Counted from the stretch's first letter, positions 1 through 10,476 are shown. The stretch is DNA of 27,110 nt from an uncultured Bacillota bacterium (GCA_949297205.1 CASFSH010000013.1:1-27110), one strand, 5' to 3'. Program-made: numbers and translations. Notes: a model not told the origin generated them from the sequence alone.

Positions 1-59
1 CGGATTTTTACCAAATATGCTCTACTTTTTTTAAAATTTATTAAAATTTTTTTCGAACT

Positions 60-728
60 CTATTTGGTTACCCCAACATTTATTATAGAGCCTATATTTA
101 TAATCCATTTATTTTCAGTACGTTTTGTTGACTTATCAATAGGTGTTACCTTTGCACCTTGTGGCAAGGATAATATTTCAGGCCCCTTTTCACCGACAAT
201 TACAGAACCTGCAGTTCTTATCATATCGCCTTTTGCAAGCATCGGAATCTGTGGAGCTGTAAATGTTGGTATTGACGGAATCCCGACTGCACCTGTCACC
301 TTGTTGATTCCGTTAATCAAGCCATTGATACCGAAAACAGCACCTCGAATCATTGAGTTGATTGCTGAAATAATTCCGTTAATTGCACCCTTAACCGCAC
401 CTACAATTCCGTTCCACACATTTGATATTGTGTTATTCATCTGTTGCTCTGCCTGTTTTTTCAGCACCCGGTTTTGCAGGTGTGTTTGCAATGGGCTTTG
501 ATGTAGCATTTCAAGCAGCAACTTGTCCTCAACAATCTGCTCTGCCAATTTTTCCTGCGATGTTATATGTACACTTTCTTCCACTTGTTCGAGAGAACGT
601 TCTCTTTCTTTAACTGCTCTTCTTCTATTAGATTCCCGCCACTGCGATTGCTTATATGCCCGATACACTTCCTCAGAAACCGGAACAAGCGTACCATCAG
701 GTAATTTTATATTATATTCTTTCTTCAT
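60..728 (-). pseudogene. Chimeric ORF (222 aa): truncated ICE-type sigma-70 region-4-like protein N-terminus fused in frame to a phage tail tape-measure-like C-terminal fragment
   Basis: Strong RBS (AAGGAGG, 735-741) before ATG 728. aa 1-77 (MKKEYNIKLPDGTLVPVSEEVYRAYKQSQWRE...QIVEDKLLLEMLHQ) resemble the N-half of Tn916-Orf7-like sigma-factor-like proteins, but the C-terminal HTH is missing. aa ~99-197 (ISNVWNGIVGAVKGAINGIISAIN...PQIPMLAKG...VGEKGPEILSLPQGAKVTP) resemble the end of Firmicute phage tape-measure proteins. Recognised by eye. Confidence 0.6.
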
Positions 729-735
729 ATTTCTC

Positions 736-773
736 CTCCTTCGTTTTTTTGATAATTCAAATCAACGAAGGAG
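736..773 (-). promoter_or_regulatory. Hairpin that sequesters the RBS of the 60..728 ORF
   Basis: Perfect 10-bp inverted repeat CTCCTTCGTT (736-745) / AACGAAGGAG (764-773) plus an inner 5-bp stem TTTGA (748-752) / TCAAA (757-761). The AAGGAG of the RBS lies in the stem. Confidence 0.55.
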
Positions 774-798
774 AGGCTCTTGTTCTTTTCATTCCAAC

Positions 799-851
799 AA
801 AAAAGAGAAGATTGTAATCACTGTTTTTGACAGTAATCTACATTCTTCTCT
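799..851 (-). terminator. Putative intrinsic terminator (minus strand)
   Basis: ~21-bp stem 804-824 / 830-851 with one bulge, one mismatch and one G-U pair on the minus strand, followed on the minus strand by a U-run (A799-A804). Confidence 0.55.
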
Positions 852-887
852 ATATTGTTCTATTTCACAACAAATTTCGCATACACA

Positions 888-929
888 ATGAAAAAGTTCT
901 ATGCCTACTTTTAACATAGAACTTTTCAT
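888..929. terminator. AT-rich inverted repeat, possible terminator downstream of the large operon
   Basis: Perfect 12-bp arms AAAAGTTCTATG (892-903) / CATAGAACTTTT (915-926), extendable with one bulge; 11-nt loop; ~110 nt past the 1041 stop. Confidence 0.4.
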
Positions 930-1040
930 AGAATATTTACTTGTTATTTTATTTACTGCTATACCTTCATAAACACTCTAAACCTTCCCATATCTTTTAT
1001 CTTCCTCTCGTTGCATCTGATGGTTTTAAGCATTCAATTA

Positions 1041-2015
1041 TTACTCCGAAAAAACCGTTTCACAGGATGTATAGAACTTTTCCGAAAAATCCGTTGACAT
1101 CTCCACTTTATCAGCCACGATTATAACTCCCGACTCATGCCAAAGAACTTCTTTTCCGAGGCTTTCAGAGAACGCTCTCATAGGAATTACAGTTCTTGAG
1201 TTAATAAGCGACGGTGCTTCTTCAAGCATTTTTGCAGCTCCGTCAATCGTATATTCCTTTTTACCTATATAGAATACAATCTCATGACCGTCATAATTAA
1301 TATAAGCCGCTCTTTCGTCATTATTCCACAATACTTCTGCCCCCATATTCTCAGACACAAACCTTAAAGGAATCATTGTTGTATTATTAATTAGCTGTGG
1401 CTCTGTATCGGGAATTTCATACTCGCCATGCTCGTAAAATGCCTTTTTGCTTCCTGTTTTAAAAATCATAGCGTCAGGATTTTCGTCATAAATTCTGTCA
1501 AAATTAAAGGTTGCTTCATTTGTCGGAACAATTCTGTAACAGCTTGCGGCAACTTTTCCTTCTCCTGAAGCTTTTACTTCAACACTGAAAAAGCTGTCCG
1601 GAATATCTACCACACCAATTCTGCACCAGCCTGATTCTCCTCTTGAAAAATCAACATTGATAGTTGCAGAGTTTACGTTTGATGCACAAATTACAGTTGC
1701 ATTCTTGTTGCCTTCGGGAATTATATTTTTCCAATAATAAATTTCATACTTTCCCTGCGGAGAAATCGACTGCGTCCACATAGCAGACGCACCCTCTTCC
1801 TGTGATACTCTTACCTTTTTATTATCAAAACCAACATATTCAAAATCAGTCCATTCGCCTGTTTCCTTATATGTACTGTTTGTTATATCAACAAATGTAC
1901 CGTCAGTTGCTATAATATATGAGTCATTTCCGAGTTCAACCGCCATTGCGGGCATACTGCTCATAACAAAAGTTATTGATGAAAGTAAAATCAATAATTT
2001 ATTTTTAAAACACAT
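1041..2015 (-). CDS. Secreted protein (324 aa): golvesin/xanthan-lyase-C-terminal-like beta-sandwich plus copper amine oxidase N-terminal (stalk) domain
   Basis: Signal peptide ending AMA. C-terminal repeats PQLINNTTMIPLRFVSENMGAEVLW and PSLINSRTVIPMRAFSESLGKEVLW are typical of the copper-amine-oxidase-N domain of Firmicute surface proteins. The N-domain (ASAMWT..GKYEIYYW..GWCRIG) resembles golvesin-like modules (lower confidence). Confidence 0.8.
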   Translation of the reverse strand: MCFKNKLLILLSSITFVMSSMPAMAVELGNDSYIIATDGTFVDITNSTYKETGEWTDFEYVGFDNKKVRVSQEEGASAMWTQSISPQGKYEIYYWKNIIPEGNKNATVICASNVNSATINVDFSRGESGWCRIGVVDIPDSFFSVEVKASGEGKVAASCYRIVPTNEATFNFDRIYDENPDAMIFKTGSKKAFYEHGEYEIPDTEPQLINNTTMIPLRFVSENMGAEVLWNNDERAAYINYDGHEIVFYIGKKEYTIDGAAKMLEEAPSLINSRTVIPMRAFSESLGKEVLWHESGVIIVADKVEMSTDFSEKFYTSCETVFSE

Positions 2016-2032
2016 TTAAAATCACCCTTTCA

Positions 2033-4993
2033 TCATATTTCATTAATAATGAAAATTGTATAAGGTATACCACTCTGTGAAATATAGATTATTCTGGAAC
2101 AATCCTTGCCGTATTCCTCTGCTGTTCTGATATCCGAAACAGTTCCTGTTTTTGCATCATAATTATCACCGTCAATGGTCCATGCTATAACAGTTCTTGC
2201 AATAAACTGATAGTCAACATCATATTTAGGATTGTCAGTTTCAAATATACCAACAGTCAAATCCTTAGTTGTTGATGTCACTATACCATTATTCAGATCC
2301 TGTACAAAGCCATAGAATGCTCTGAAGCTTCCCGATGTCATCGGTCTGGCATCATAAAAAACACTTGCAGATGTGAAACCGTACGGATTTGAATACGGAT
2401 TGTATTGATATGTTACACCGTCAATCACTGTAGGATTTTCATCAAAATATCCGATACTTCCTGCAAGATAACCCTCTTTTCCGTCCGGGAATGCCGGGTT
2501 TTGTCCATTTAATCTGAAGAAAAGCTCTGCCTGTTCTATATACTCACCGTTAGCTCCCGAATATGTACATCTTAAAATGTCACCCTCCTGAACCTTGTAA
2601 AGATTTTTCTCTTCCTTAGGCTTTGAAATCTGAGTATTCAACACGTCATCCATGACATCAACCGGTGTTACTGTATTTCCATGTTTGTCTTCCTTATTAT
2701 ATCTTGCATATACAGTTGTTTCTGTAAGGGTTGTTCCGTCACCGCATTTGAATCCATCAAGAACAAGCACCTTCTCATCATTTGAATCAATTCCGACAGA
2801 TATATTTTCTACTATAAAGAATTCAAACAAGCAACGGGTAATTGTAGCAGTTCTGTCAACCTCATACACTACATAATCTGCATAGCGTGTACCTTCGGTT
2901 GTACTGTAAGCCTTTATCGGATATGATACATCGTATTTGAACACGTCGCCTCTTACGGCAACAGTATAATAGTCATCCTCATTCTTTAAATTTTCATCCT
3001 TCGGTACACAGAATATTTTTGTACTGTTATCTGCATACACCTCACCCGCAAAGAATCCCCAGTTACTGTAGGTTTTGTAAATTAAGGCAGAGTCACCCGA
3101 ATCATATATTGTCTGCAGATATTCCTGCGTTTGCGGTGTATCGCTTACAACCTCAAGCTGTGCAAGCTTTCCGTCTTCATTCAGTTTAAAACGTACAAGA
3201 CCGTTATAATCTCTTATTTTTGCATACAGCTTGTCATATTTAAGTTTATATTTTTCGTTTGGATTTTCTCTGTATACCACCTTTTCATCACTGAAAGCAC
3301 TGATCATTCTGCCGTCTTCGGCAAGTATTTTAACCTTAACCTCTTCGCTTTCATCAACACGAATTGCTCTTGCAAGATATCCGACTGTCATATCGGAAAG
3401 ACGCTTCTGTTCCTGCCAGATAACAAAATTCTGCTTGTTAAGGTACAATGTATAGTTTTGCCCCATCAAAAACTGAACGCTGTTCTTTTTGTTGTAATAA
3501 TCAGGAGATACTGTATAAGTTACCTCACCATTACTTACAGTACGTCGTCCGTCACTGTCTGTACCAATCCGAGTTATAACAAATTCTGTGATTTTTTCAT
3601 CTGATACAATGATTTTTATATAATCACCGTTTACAATAATATCTATGATCATTCCCTGAACTACATTTGTAATATCAAGCTTAGTGCCGTCCTTTGCAAA
3701 CACAAAAATCTGCTCAGCCTCTGCTGCCTCTTCGTATTCAAGGATTTCATCTTCTGTCAGCTCGTTCTTATCAGGAATTTTATTGTATATTTTCTGATTT
3801 TTGCTATCAACACCCGACACAATCCATGTCTGATAATCCTCAATATTTATTACATCGTACCATTCACCATTTTTGATAATTTTCACATAACCGTTTGAAT
3901 AATCAAATATAGATGGATCCCACGATGCAATGCTCTTACCATTGCGGATTACAAAAACAGTATCAGAAAGCTTAACCCTTTTTGTTCTGTCACCGCTCAT
4001 ATACTCTACAGTTTTATTATCATATGAAACAAAGTCGATAATATCAAACCCGGTTACTTCATTTTTCTTTTCAGGTATAACCGCCAGTGCATATCCGTCA
4101 TAATCATCATCGAGTGAATAATAAACCCTTACATTATAACCGAGATAGTCATTAATATCATATCTGCAGTTATTCTGATAGGACACATCGCCTATAGTAA
4201 TCATGCCCTTAGACACTGCACTCTCTCCACTGACTGATGTGATGGAATTATCTGTAAATATGCCTGTTACATAAGCTGCTTTTAACCAATGGCTCATAAA
4301 AGTTGAATCTTCACATACCCAATACTGCAACTTTCCGTCCACAAGTGCCATTTCCATTATATTAGTATCAAGCATATCATAAAGAATATTGATAAAATCA
4401 TGATATGTAATAATATGCTCGTCACTCATGGTTCTTATTCCAAGGGACATTGCCTGCTGTTTATAGCCGTTCGGATACCCGCCGCCTATAACTGCAAGCT
4501 TTCCGTAACCGAGCATTGTTACCATAACCTTAATCATTTCATCATATCTTATTTCACGGTCAGGTGCAAATTCGCTGCTTCCGACTCCATGCATAAGACC
4601 GTAATTAGTAACAAAGTTAATCTGGTCAAAATATTCATAAGATGAATCAATATCGTTATAATTGCTGCTTTTGACAACAGGAACTACCGGTGTATATATT
4701 TCATCATCACCCCAAAAGGTTTCGTCCCATTCTTCAGGAACAGCTCCTCCTACTTCAAGCTCGTTGTTTATTATCTGATAAATAACAGCTGCAAAATCAC
4801 CTCTTGTAACATGAGTATCTGCAGTTGCTTTTTCTTCAATTTCCTCAGGCAAAGCTCCAAGACTGCTGATTATTTTATATTCATTAAGACTTTTTAAATC
4901 TATTGTCTCTTCCTCTGCATTAACAATTCCCGACAAAGGAATATGAGAAGCACAAAAGCTCAACGCTAACAATGCTGTAATTAATTTTTTCAT
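2033..4993 (-). CDS. S-layer-like surface protein with N-terminal SLH domains (~986 aa)
   Basis: Signal peptide MKKLITALLALSF...VNA. SLH motifs VTRGDFAAVIYQI and YNDID..QINFVTNYGLMHGVGSSEFAPDREIRYDEMIKVMV. Start moved from 5002 to 4993 because GGAGG (5004-5008) is 1 nt from ATG 5002 but 10 nt from ATG 4993. Confidence 0.85.
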   Translation of the reverse strand: MKKLITALLALSFCASHIPLSGIVNAEEETIDLKSLNEYKIISSLGALPEEIEEKATADTHVTRGDFAAVIYQIINNELEVGGAVPEEWDETFWGDDEIYTPVVPVVKSSNYNDIDSSYEYFDQINFVTNYGLMHGVGSSEFAPDREIRYDEMIKVMVTMLGYGKLAVIGGGYPNGYKQQAMSLGIRTMSDEHIITYHDFINILYDMLDTNIMEMALVDGKLQYWVCEDSTFMSHWLKAAYVTGIFTDNSITSVSGESAVSKGMITIGDVSYQNNCRYDINDYLGYNVRVYYSLDDDYDGYALAVIPEKKNEVTGFDIIDFVSYDNKTVEYMSGDRTKRVKLSDTVFVIRNGKSIASWDPSIFDYSNGYVKIIKNGEWYDVINIEDYQTWIVSGVDSKNQKIYNKIPDKNELTEDEILEYEEAAEAEQIFVFAKDGTKLDITNVVQGMIIDIIVNGDYIKIIVSDEKITEFVITRIGTDSDGRRTVSNGEVTYTVSPDYYNKKNSVQFLMGQNYTLYLNKQNFVIWQEQKRLSDMTVGYLARAIRVDESEEVKVKILAEDGRMISAFSDEKVVYRENPNEKYKLKYDKLYAKIRDYNGLVRFKLNEDGKLAQLEVVSDTPQTQEYLQTIYDSGDSALIYKTYSNWGFFAGEVYADNSTKIFCVPKDENLKNEDDYYTVAVRGDVFKYDVSYPIKAYSTTEGTRYADYVVYEVDRTATITRCLFEFFIVENISVGIDSNDEKVLVLDGFKCGDGTTLTETTVYARYNKEDKHGNTVTPVDVMDDVLNTQISKPKEEKNLYKVQEGDILRCTYSGANGEYIEQAELFFRLNGQNPAFPDGKEGYLAGSIGYFDENPTVIDGVTYQYNPYSNPYGFTSASVFYDARPMTSGSFRAFYGFVQDLNNGIVTSTTKDLTVGIFETDNPKYDVDYQFIARTVIAWTIDGDNYDAKTGTVSDIRTAEEYGKDCSRIIYISQSGIPYTIFIINEI

Positions 4994-5016
4994 GTTATAC
5001 ATTCCTCCCTCGTAAA

Positions 5017-6720
5017 TTATCTCAACTTCATAGCTTCGTAAATAATTTTAGCCGCCTGTGCTCTTGTACAAGCCTGCTGTGGCTTAAAGGTATTATCCTC
5101 AAAACCATTTATAATGCCCTTTGACGATAGATAGCCAACAGCCGCCTTTGAATAATCACTTACGCTGTCTTTATCTTTAAAAGACATATCGCTGCCTGTT
5201 TTTCCATTAAACCATGCACGGTAAATCATAACGCATAAATCCTGTCTTGTTATGGTTTTTCCAACACCAAATTCGTTTTCAGATATACCGTTTACAATTC
5301 CAAGTGATTTTGCAGTCAAAACGTGCTTTTCATAATATGCATCTTCTACCACATCGGCAAAACTGCTATCTTCACCTCCAAGCTCATATCCCGATGCATT
5401 TACAAGAATTACCGCAAACTGCTCTCTTGTAATTTTATTATCGGGACTGAAGGTATCTTCGCCTGTTCCGTTTACAATCTTCTTTTCATAAAGATTATTT
5501 ATCGCTTCCTTTGCCCACTCTACATTATTAAGGTCTGTGAAATATTCCTTTTTGCTCTCTGTGGTGTTATTTACTGCACTGTCCGAAACAATCGGCACCA
5601 TTGATGATGTTCCTGTCGAGCTGCCTCGTCCGTTTCCCGAACCTGAGTCTGAACCGCTTTGCGAATCCATAACATCTTCAATTATCTCATTCAGCTTTTC
5701 CACAAGCTCTTGAGGCGTTGAAAAGCTCTCTGTTAAAAGTTTTGATTCGATAATTCCCTTTTTTGACTTGTTTGTAACATTCAGATATTTTGTTAAAGAC
5801 ACACCTGCTGCATCTGCATTTTTCTTAGTCAGTACACTTGCAATATGTCCTGTTCCCTCTGTATTTGCAGATTTTACACCGTGAACAAATACAGCTTCAG
5901 AAAATGTATCATACAAATCTTCAACAGTTTCAAAATCCTTATCAAGCAAAGCTTTTCTTACATCAGAACGTGCTTTTTCTGTAATTATATTTTCATACGC
6001 ACTGTAAAGAGTAACTCCGCCACTGTCAATTGCAGATATATCAATAATGTTCTGATGTTTTAATGCCCCGTCAGCACCGTATACCACGCTGCTAAGACTC
6101 TCATTATATGCACTAAGCAATGCAAGTTCTTTTATTCTTTGCTGTGTAGTGCCAAAATCCTCTTCATCATATTCTTTCTTTTCTTTATCCTTATAAACAA
6201 GCTCTGCTATCTTTGAAAGGTCTCCCTTTTCAAAAGCCTCAAAATTCAGTGATAATGGTTCTATGCTGTCTGAAAGTGCCTGTTCAATTGTTGATTTGTC
6301 CGCGTTATTTATCGCTTTTATTACATCGGTTCTGAAATGTGCTGTTGAATAATACTTTGTAAGCATTTCACTCTCAGGTTCATCAACCGTTCCTATATAA
6401 AATGTGAAATATCCTGCAGTATCTTCTGCTGTAAGAACAGGAACGAAAAAGCTGTATTTTCCGTTTTCCTCTGTCACAGCATCTGCAACATACTGAATTG
6501 CTTCTCCAAATCCGTCACCCATTGCATCATCTAATGTTTTACCAGGATTTAAAACCATAAGCTTCACTGCCTCACCGCTCTTCTTTGAGCTGATTTCTCC
6601 CGTCACAACAAACTGCTCATTCTCAAAATCAACATCAATTTCCGCAGCCGATGCTCCGATAGTGAATACACTTCCAAGCACAGCCGATGCTATAAGCTTT
6701 ATTAAAAATTTCCGTCTCAT
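5017..6720 (-). CDS. Secreted protein with three C-terminal SLH domains (567 aa)
   Basis: Signal peptide ending ASA. Ig-like N-terminus, helical middle, Gly/Ser linker (SQSGSDSGSGNGRGSSTGTSS). Three SLH repeats: FTDLNNVEWAKEAINNLYEKKIVNG..FSPDNKITREQF, FADV..ITRQDL and FKDKDSVSDYSK..FKPQQACTRAQAAKII. Confidence 0.9.
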   Translation of the reverse strand: MRRKFLIKLIASAVLGSVFTIGASAAEIDVDFENEQFVVTGEISSKKSGEAVKLMVLNPGKTLDDAMGDGFGEAIQYVADAVTEENGKYSFFVPVLTAEDTAGYFTFYIGTVDEPESEMLTKYYSTAHFRTDVIKAINNADKSTIEQALSDSIEPLSLNFEAFEKGDLSKIAELVYKDKEKKEYDEEDFGTTQQRIKELALLSAYNESLSSVVYGADGALKHQNIIDISAIDSGGVTLYSAYENIITEKARSDVRKALLDKDFETVEDLYDTFSEAVFVHGVKSANTEGTGHIASVLTKKNADAAGVSLTKYLNVTNKSKKGIIESKLLTESFSTPQELVEKLNEIIEDVMDSQSGSDSGSGNGRGSSTGTSSMVPIVSDSAVNNTTESKKEYFTDLNNVEWAKEAINNLYEKKIVNGTGEDTFSPDNKITREQFAVILVNASGYELGGEDSSFADVVEDAYYEKHVLTAKSLGIVNGISENEFGVGKTITRQDLCVMIYRAWFNGKTGSDMSFKDKDSVSDYSKAAVGYLSSKGIINGFEDNTFKPQQACTRAQAAKIIYEAMKLR

Positions 6721-6737
6721 ACACGCTCTTCCTTTCT

Positions 6738-9700
6738 TTATCTGATTTCAATGCCCTTTGCATCATTATCCACAAATTTCAGATACCCGCTCTTTATCTT
6801 AGAATACATATCCGTATAGTCAATAATCTTTTCACCGTCAGCCAGCATTACAACACGCATACCATTATAGGTAGGATAAGCGCAAAGCTTAACGTTAAAC
6901 CATTCACCGCTCTTGATTTTGTTATTATCATAAATACAAAGTATCTGATTTCCGTCAAGTGAATGCCTGATTAATGAAACTGTATCCTTTGTTATTTCTA
7001 TGTTATAAAATTCCTCATCAACCGGTGACTGCTCAAGATATGATGAACGCATCTTGAAGCCCTGAGCTGCTTCATCAATATTCAGCTTCACATCAAAGTC
7101 ATACACTTCATTTCCGTCAAACTTCTTTGAAAAAGCAATACTTTCATTCTTTTCTTCATTACCCTTTATCAAAAGTCCACCGTCTGTTGCTTCGACAGTT
7201 GCATTGGCAAGTGTGTAGTTCTCATTCTTTAAAAGCTCTGTCTTGTCAACCGTAACAAGGTCTTCTTCGGTATAAATCTTAATACCCGTTTTAAGTGTAG
7301 ATTCATCAAAAGGCTCTGTGTTTTCAGATTTCTTAACCTGTATGCTGTCAATATTTGTTATACCAAACTGTAGCTTACCCGGAGCTGATAATGCTCCGCT
7401 TTCATCAAGATAGTTTGTAATAACCTTGCCGTTTGATTTCAGAATTACCTGAACACCGCCTTCAACGTCAAGTGCCGCAACCTCAATTTCATTCCACTCA
7501 CCGTAAGGTACGAGACCGTTATTTTCGTAAGTCTCAATTATACCTCCACCATGACCTGTATATCTTTGAAATTCAATTAAATCCTTTTTAAAATAGAAGG
7601 AATAGTTTTTCTTTCCTGACCACGGTGTACCCATATCGCTAAGACGAACAGCAATTGTTGCATAACCGTCTTCACCCTCAAGCTTCATCTTAAAGCGGTA
7701 TAGTTCATAATTTTCAATATTTCCTGCTGTTGCAAAATAACCGGCTTGCATATCAATCATACCGTCCTTGACAGTTGCTTCAGAATCCTTCATCCAGAAC
7801 GATTCGCTCGATAGTAGCTTGTCCATGTCACCATAACCCTTATGTATATACTGAGGCATACTGTTGGTTGCTCCCTCAAGCTTTTTAGCCATTTCATCAA
7901 CTTCAATCTGCGCGCCGTATCTCTTTTTGTTTAAAGTCTTTGCCTGTGCAATCAAATCAAGGAATGGTTGTAATTTTCCTTCCTCACACTGTCCGCTTTC
8001 TTCTCCTTCAACAAGACCATCGGCTAAGTTATCCGCATTCTTTATCACATCTGTAAGAATTATCTGATCAAGCTGTTCAAGGACTGAAGTTGTAAAGGTA
8101 TATGCACTGCCAATAGCCATATATTCAAATGAATGGGTTGTTGCGTTTGTGTATGCTTTAACATTCCAGTAATATGTTTTTCCGCCTGTTTCGATGTTTT
8201 CAGGTCTTGCATAATTAAATGCAGTATCTGTTTCCCAGACGATGTTCTTAAACTCTGCATCTTCCGCAACTTCTACATGATAACGGCAGGCATTTCCCGG
8301 AATCTGCCATGTTAAAAGTACATTTGATGCTGAAATTTCTGTAGCACCGTTTTTCGGATATAGCTTTCTGAAGTTATCAGCCTTCCAGTTTTCTTTCATT
8401 TCACCAACCAGACCGATTTCTTCCATTTTAATATTTGCAAGTCCCGGAATTTTTTCTAAAATTTCAGAACCCTCTTTTATTGTGTAATCTCCGTTTTCAG
8501 CATCCTTAAAATCGTTAAACTCATCAACCATTACAATATTTGATACCTGTGAAGAATAATCATCATCACCGTATTTTATATACTCACCCGATGTTAACGA
8601 GAAACCTGTGTTTACATATAAGCAGTCATTGAATTTGTTTCTTCTCGGAATTGTATAATTAATATCAAGAGTTTTCATTTCAGGATACTGTTCATAGTAG
8701 ATAGGATTCTGATCCGCCAGCTCCAGCGCTGCAATGAACAAATCCTGGCTTTCAATATAATTGTTACCGCCTGTACCAACCTGAATACCGCTCGGGCAGT
8801 CAACATATATGTTGTTGTTTACCTTATGGTCACTTCCGCCGTTCATGAAGGTACCTCTTGGTATATTCTCAAATATGTTATATTCAACATAGTTTCCCGA
8901 AAGCTTATCGTCCCAGTAAACACCGCACAAAAGACCTGCAGTTACCGGATCGGGAATTATGTCATGAATATAATTATAACGAACCTTTATGCCTCTGTAA
9001 TGAAGATTACGTCCCGAATAGATAGCACCCATATCGCTTGCTTCATTACATACGTCATATATTTCATTATACATTATCTCATGATTGTTACCATTAATCT
9101 GTATTGCAGCACCCTTTGAGCCACAGAATACATTATTTAAAATTTTGGCACCAACACCCCTTACAGCAGTTCCCGAATATGACTTTCTCTCATAACCGAA
9201 ATTATTGAAATAACAGTTATATATAAGAATGTTACTCGGTTCAAGTGTTGCAAGATTACCACCGCTAATTGTTATTGGAATTGAACCTAAATCCACAAAA
9301 TATGAATTTGAAATAGTTACGTTATAATTTTCACATTCATTTTTATTTGTATCAAAAATCCCGTAACGTCCAATATTTTTAAATGTATTTTTATCAAAGG
9401 TTACATGGTTTATATTTTTGATATTAAATGCATCACCGCAGGTCTGTGTAAATGTGATACCCGAAAAATTAATATGTGAAATCTCTGTCAGCTTAATTAA
9501 CGGTTCTGTCATTACAGACATCTCAAAGCTGTTTCCCTCTAAAGGAAACATCGGGTAATAGTAAAGCATCTTTGATGACTTGTCAATATACCATTCACCC
9601 GGCATATCTATTTCTTCCATAAGATTATAAATAACATATCTGGCATCACCCTGCGAAATCTTTGATGTTGTACAATTCTTTGTATTAATTGTAATCTGTC

Positions 9701-10436
9701 TTGCTTCGGCATTAATTGATGTTACTTCAGTTCTGTCATATGCATAGTTCCAGCCCGGATAGCCTCCGAAATAGGCATCGGTAGCACTACCCCATCTTGA
9801 TGCCGCTGACTCTTTCATCTGAAAAGTATTGGTTGAAATAAGCTTTTGCATCTGCGTATAACCGTCATTTGGCCATTTAGCAAGTGTCTGCATCTGTCCG
9901 TCAAGATAAAAGTTATTATAGTTTACACTGTCATTACCCGAAGCACCTACAGGAAGGCTTGAAAATGATGTTATTCCCTGTTCCCCCAAATCGAGCTGTC
10001 CGATATAATTTCTCACACTTTCGGGAAATCTGTCATACACTGCCTTGTCGGCTACAGGCTCAAACTTTGTTGCATCGAGCTCAACCGAGCCTTTAAATAT
10101 AACCTCTTCACCCTCTGCTCCACGGTAAGTTATCGGTGCTTTCTCAGTTCCGCTGTCTTCCTTTGAAAAGTTTACAGTTTTTAAAATTCTGTAATCTCCC
10201 TCATGAAAAATAACATCTATCGGAGTTTTTCCGTCATTGTGCCTTTTAACAACATTTCTTGCACCTTCAAGCGTCTTTAAAGGCTTATCGGCTGTACCGC
10301 TGTTTGCATCGTTACCGTTCGGGGAAACATGAATTTCAATTTTTTCAGCAGGACTCTCCTGTGCTTCCTCTGCCATTACAATTCCATTTGATGCAAAGCA
10401 CATAAGAGCCAAAAAAACGGATATTATTCTTTTCAT
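6738..10436 (-). CDS. Secreted right-handed parallel beta-helix protein (GH141-like), with Fn3-like, FIVAR-like and two ConA/LamG-like C-terminal domains (1232 aa)
   Basis: Signal peptide. Motifs IHVSPNGNDANSGTADKPLKT, NLMEEIDMPGEWYID, DMGAIYSGR and GVYWDDKLSG. Fn3-like LTWQ..YHVEVA..TYYWNVKA. FIVAR-like GEESGQCEEG..QIEVDEMAKKL. Two beta-sandwich repeats ending GEWNEIEV and GEWFNVKL. Confidence 0.85.
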   Translation of the reverse strand: MKRIISVFLALMCFASNGIVMAEEAQESPAEKIEIHVSPNGNDANSGTADKPLKTLEGARNVVKRHNDGKTPIDVIFHEGDYRILKTVNFSKEDSGTEKAPITYRGAEGEEVIFKGSVELDATKFEPVADKAVYDRFPESVRNYIGQLDLGEQGITSFSSLPVGASGNDSVNYNNFYLDGQMQTLAKWPNDGYTQMQKLISTNTFQMKESAASRWGSATDAYFGGYPGWNYAYDRTEVTSINAEARQITINTKNCTTSKISQGDARYVIYNLMEEIDMPGEWYIDKSSKMLYYYPMFPLEGNSFEMSVMTEPLIKLTEISHINFSGITFTQTCGDAFNIKNINHVTFDKNTFKNIGRYGIFDTNKNECENYNVTISNSYFVDLGSIPITISGGNLATLEPSNILIYNCYFNNFGYERKSYSGTAVRGVGAKILNNVFCGSKGAAIQINGNNHEIMYNEIYDVCNEASDMGAIYSGRNLHYRGIKVRYNYIHDIIPDPVTAGLLCGVYWDDKLSGNYVEYNIFENIPRGTFMNGGSDHKVNNNIYVDCPSGIQVGTGGNNYIESQDLFIAALELADQNPIYYEQYPEMKTLDINYTIPRRNKFNDCLYVNTGFSLTSGEYIKYGDDDYSSQVSNIVMVDEFNDFKDAENGDYTIKEGSEILEKIPGLANIKMEEIGLVGEMKENWKADNFRKLYPKNGATEISASNVLLTWQIPGNACRYHVEVAEDAEFKNIVWETDTAFNYARPENIETGGKTYYWNVKAYTNATTHSFEYMAIGSAYTFTTSVLEQLDQIILTDVIKNADNLADGLVEGEESGQCEEGKLQPFLDLIAQAKTLNKKRYGAQIEVDEMAKKLEGATNSMPQYIHKGYGDMDKLLSSESFWMKDSEATVKDGMIDMQAGYFATAGNIENYELYRFKMKLEGEDGYATIAVRLSDMGTPWSGKKNYSFYFKKDLIEFQRYTGHGGGIIETYENNGLVPYGEWNEIEVAALDVEGGVQVILKSNGKVITNYLDESGALSAPGKLQFGITNIDSIQVKKSENTEPFDESTLKTGIKIYTEEDLVTVDKTELLKNENYTLANATVEATDGGLLIKGNEEKNESIAFSKKFDGNEVYDFDVKLNIDEAAQGFKMRSSYLEQSPVDEEFYNIEITKDTVSLIRHSLDGNQILCIYDNNKIKSGEWFNVKLCAYPTYNGMRVVMLADGEKIIDYTDMYSKIKSGYLKFVDNDAKGIEIR

Positions 10437-10476
10437 CTAAACACCTGCTTTCATTTTATGTGACATTTAATGTCTA

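Noticed and set aside
959-991. 10-aa minus-strand micro-ORF MGRFRVFMKV with an upstream GAGAGGAAG
   Set aside because: Too short to distinguish from chance, with no supporting context.
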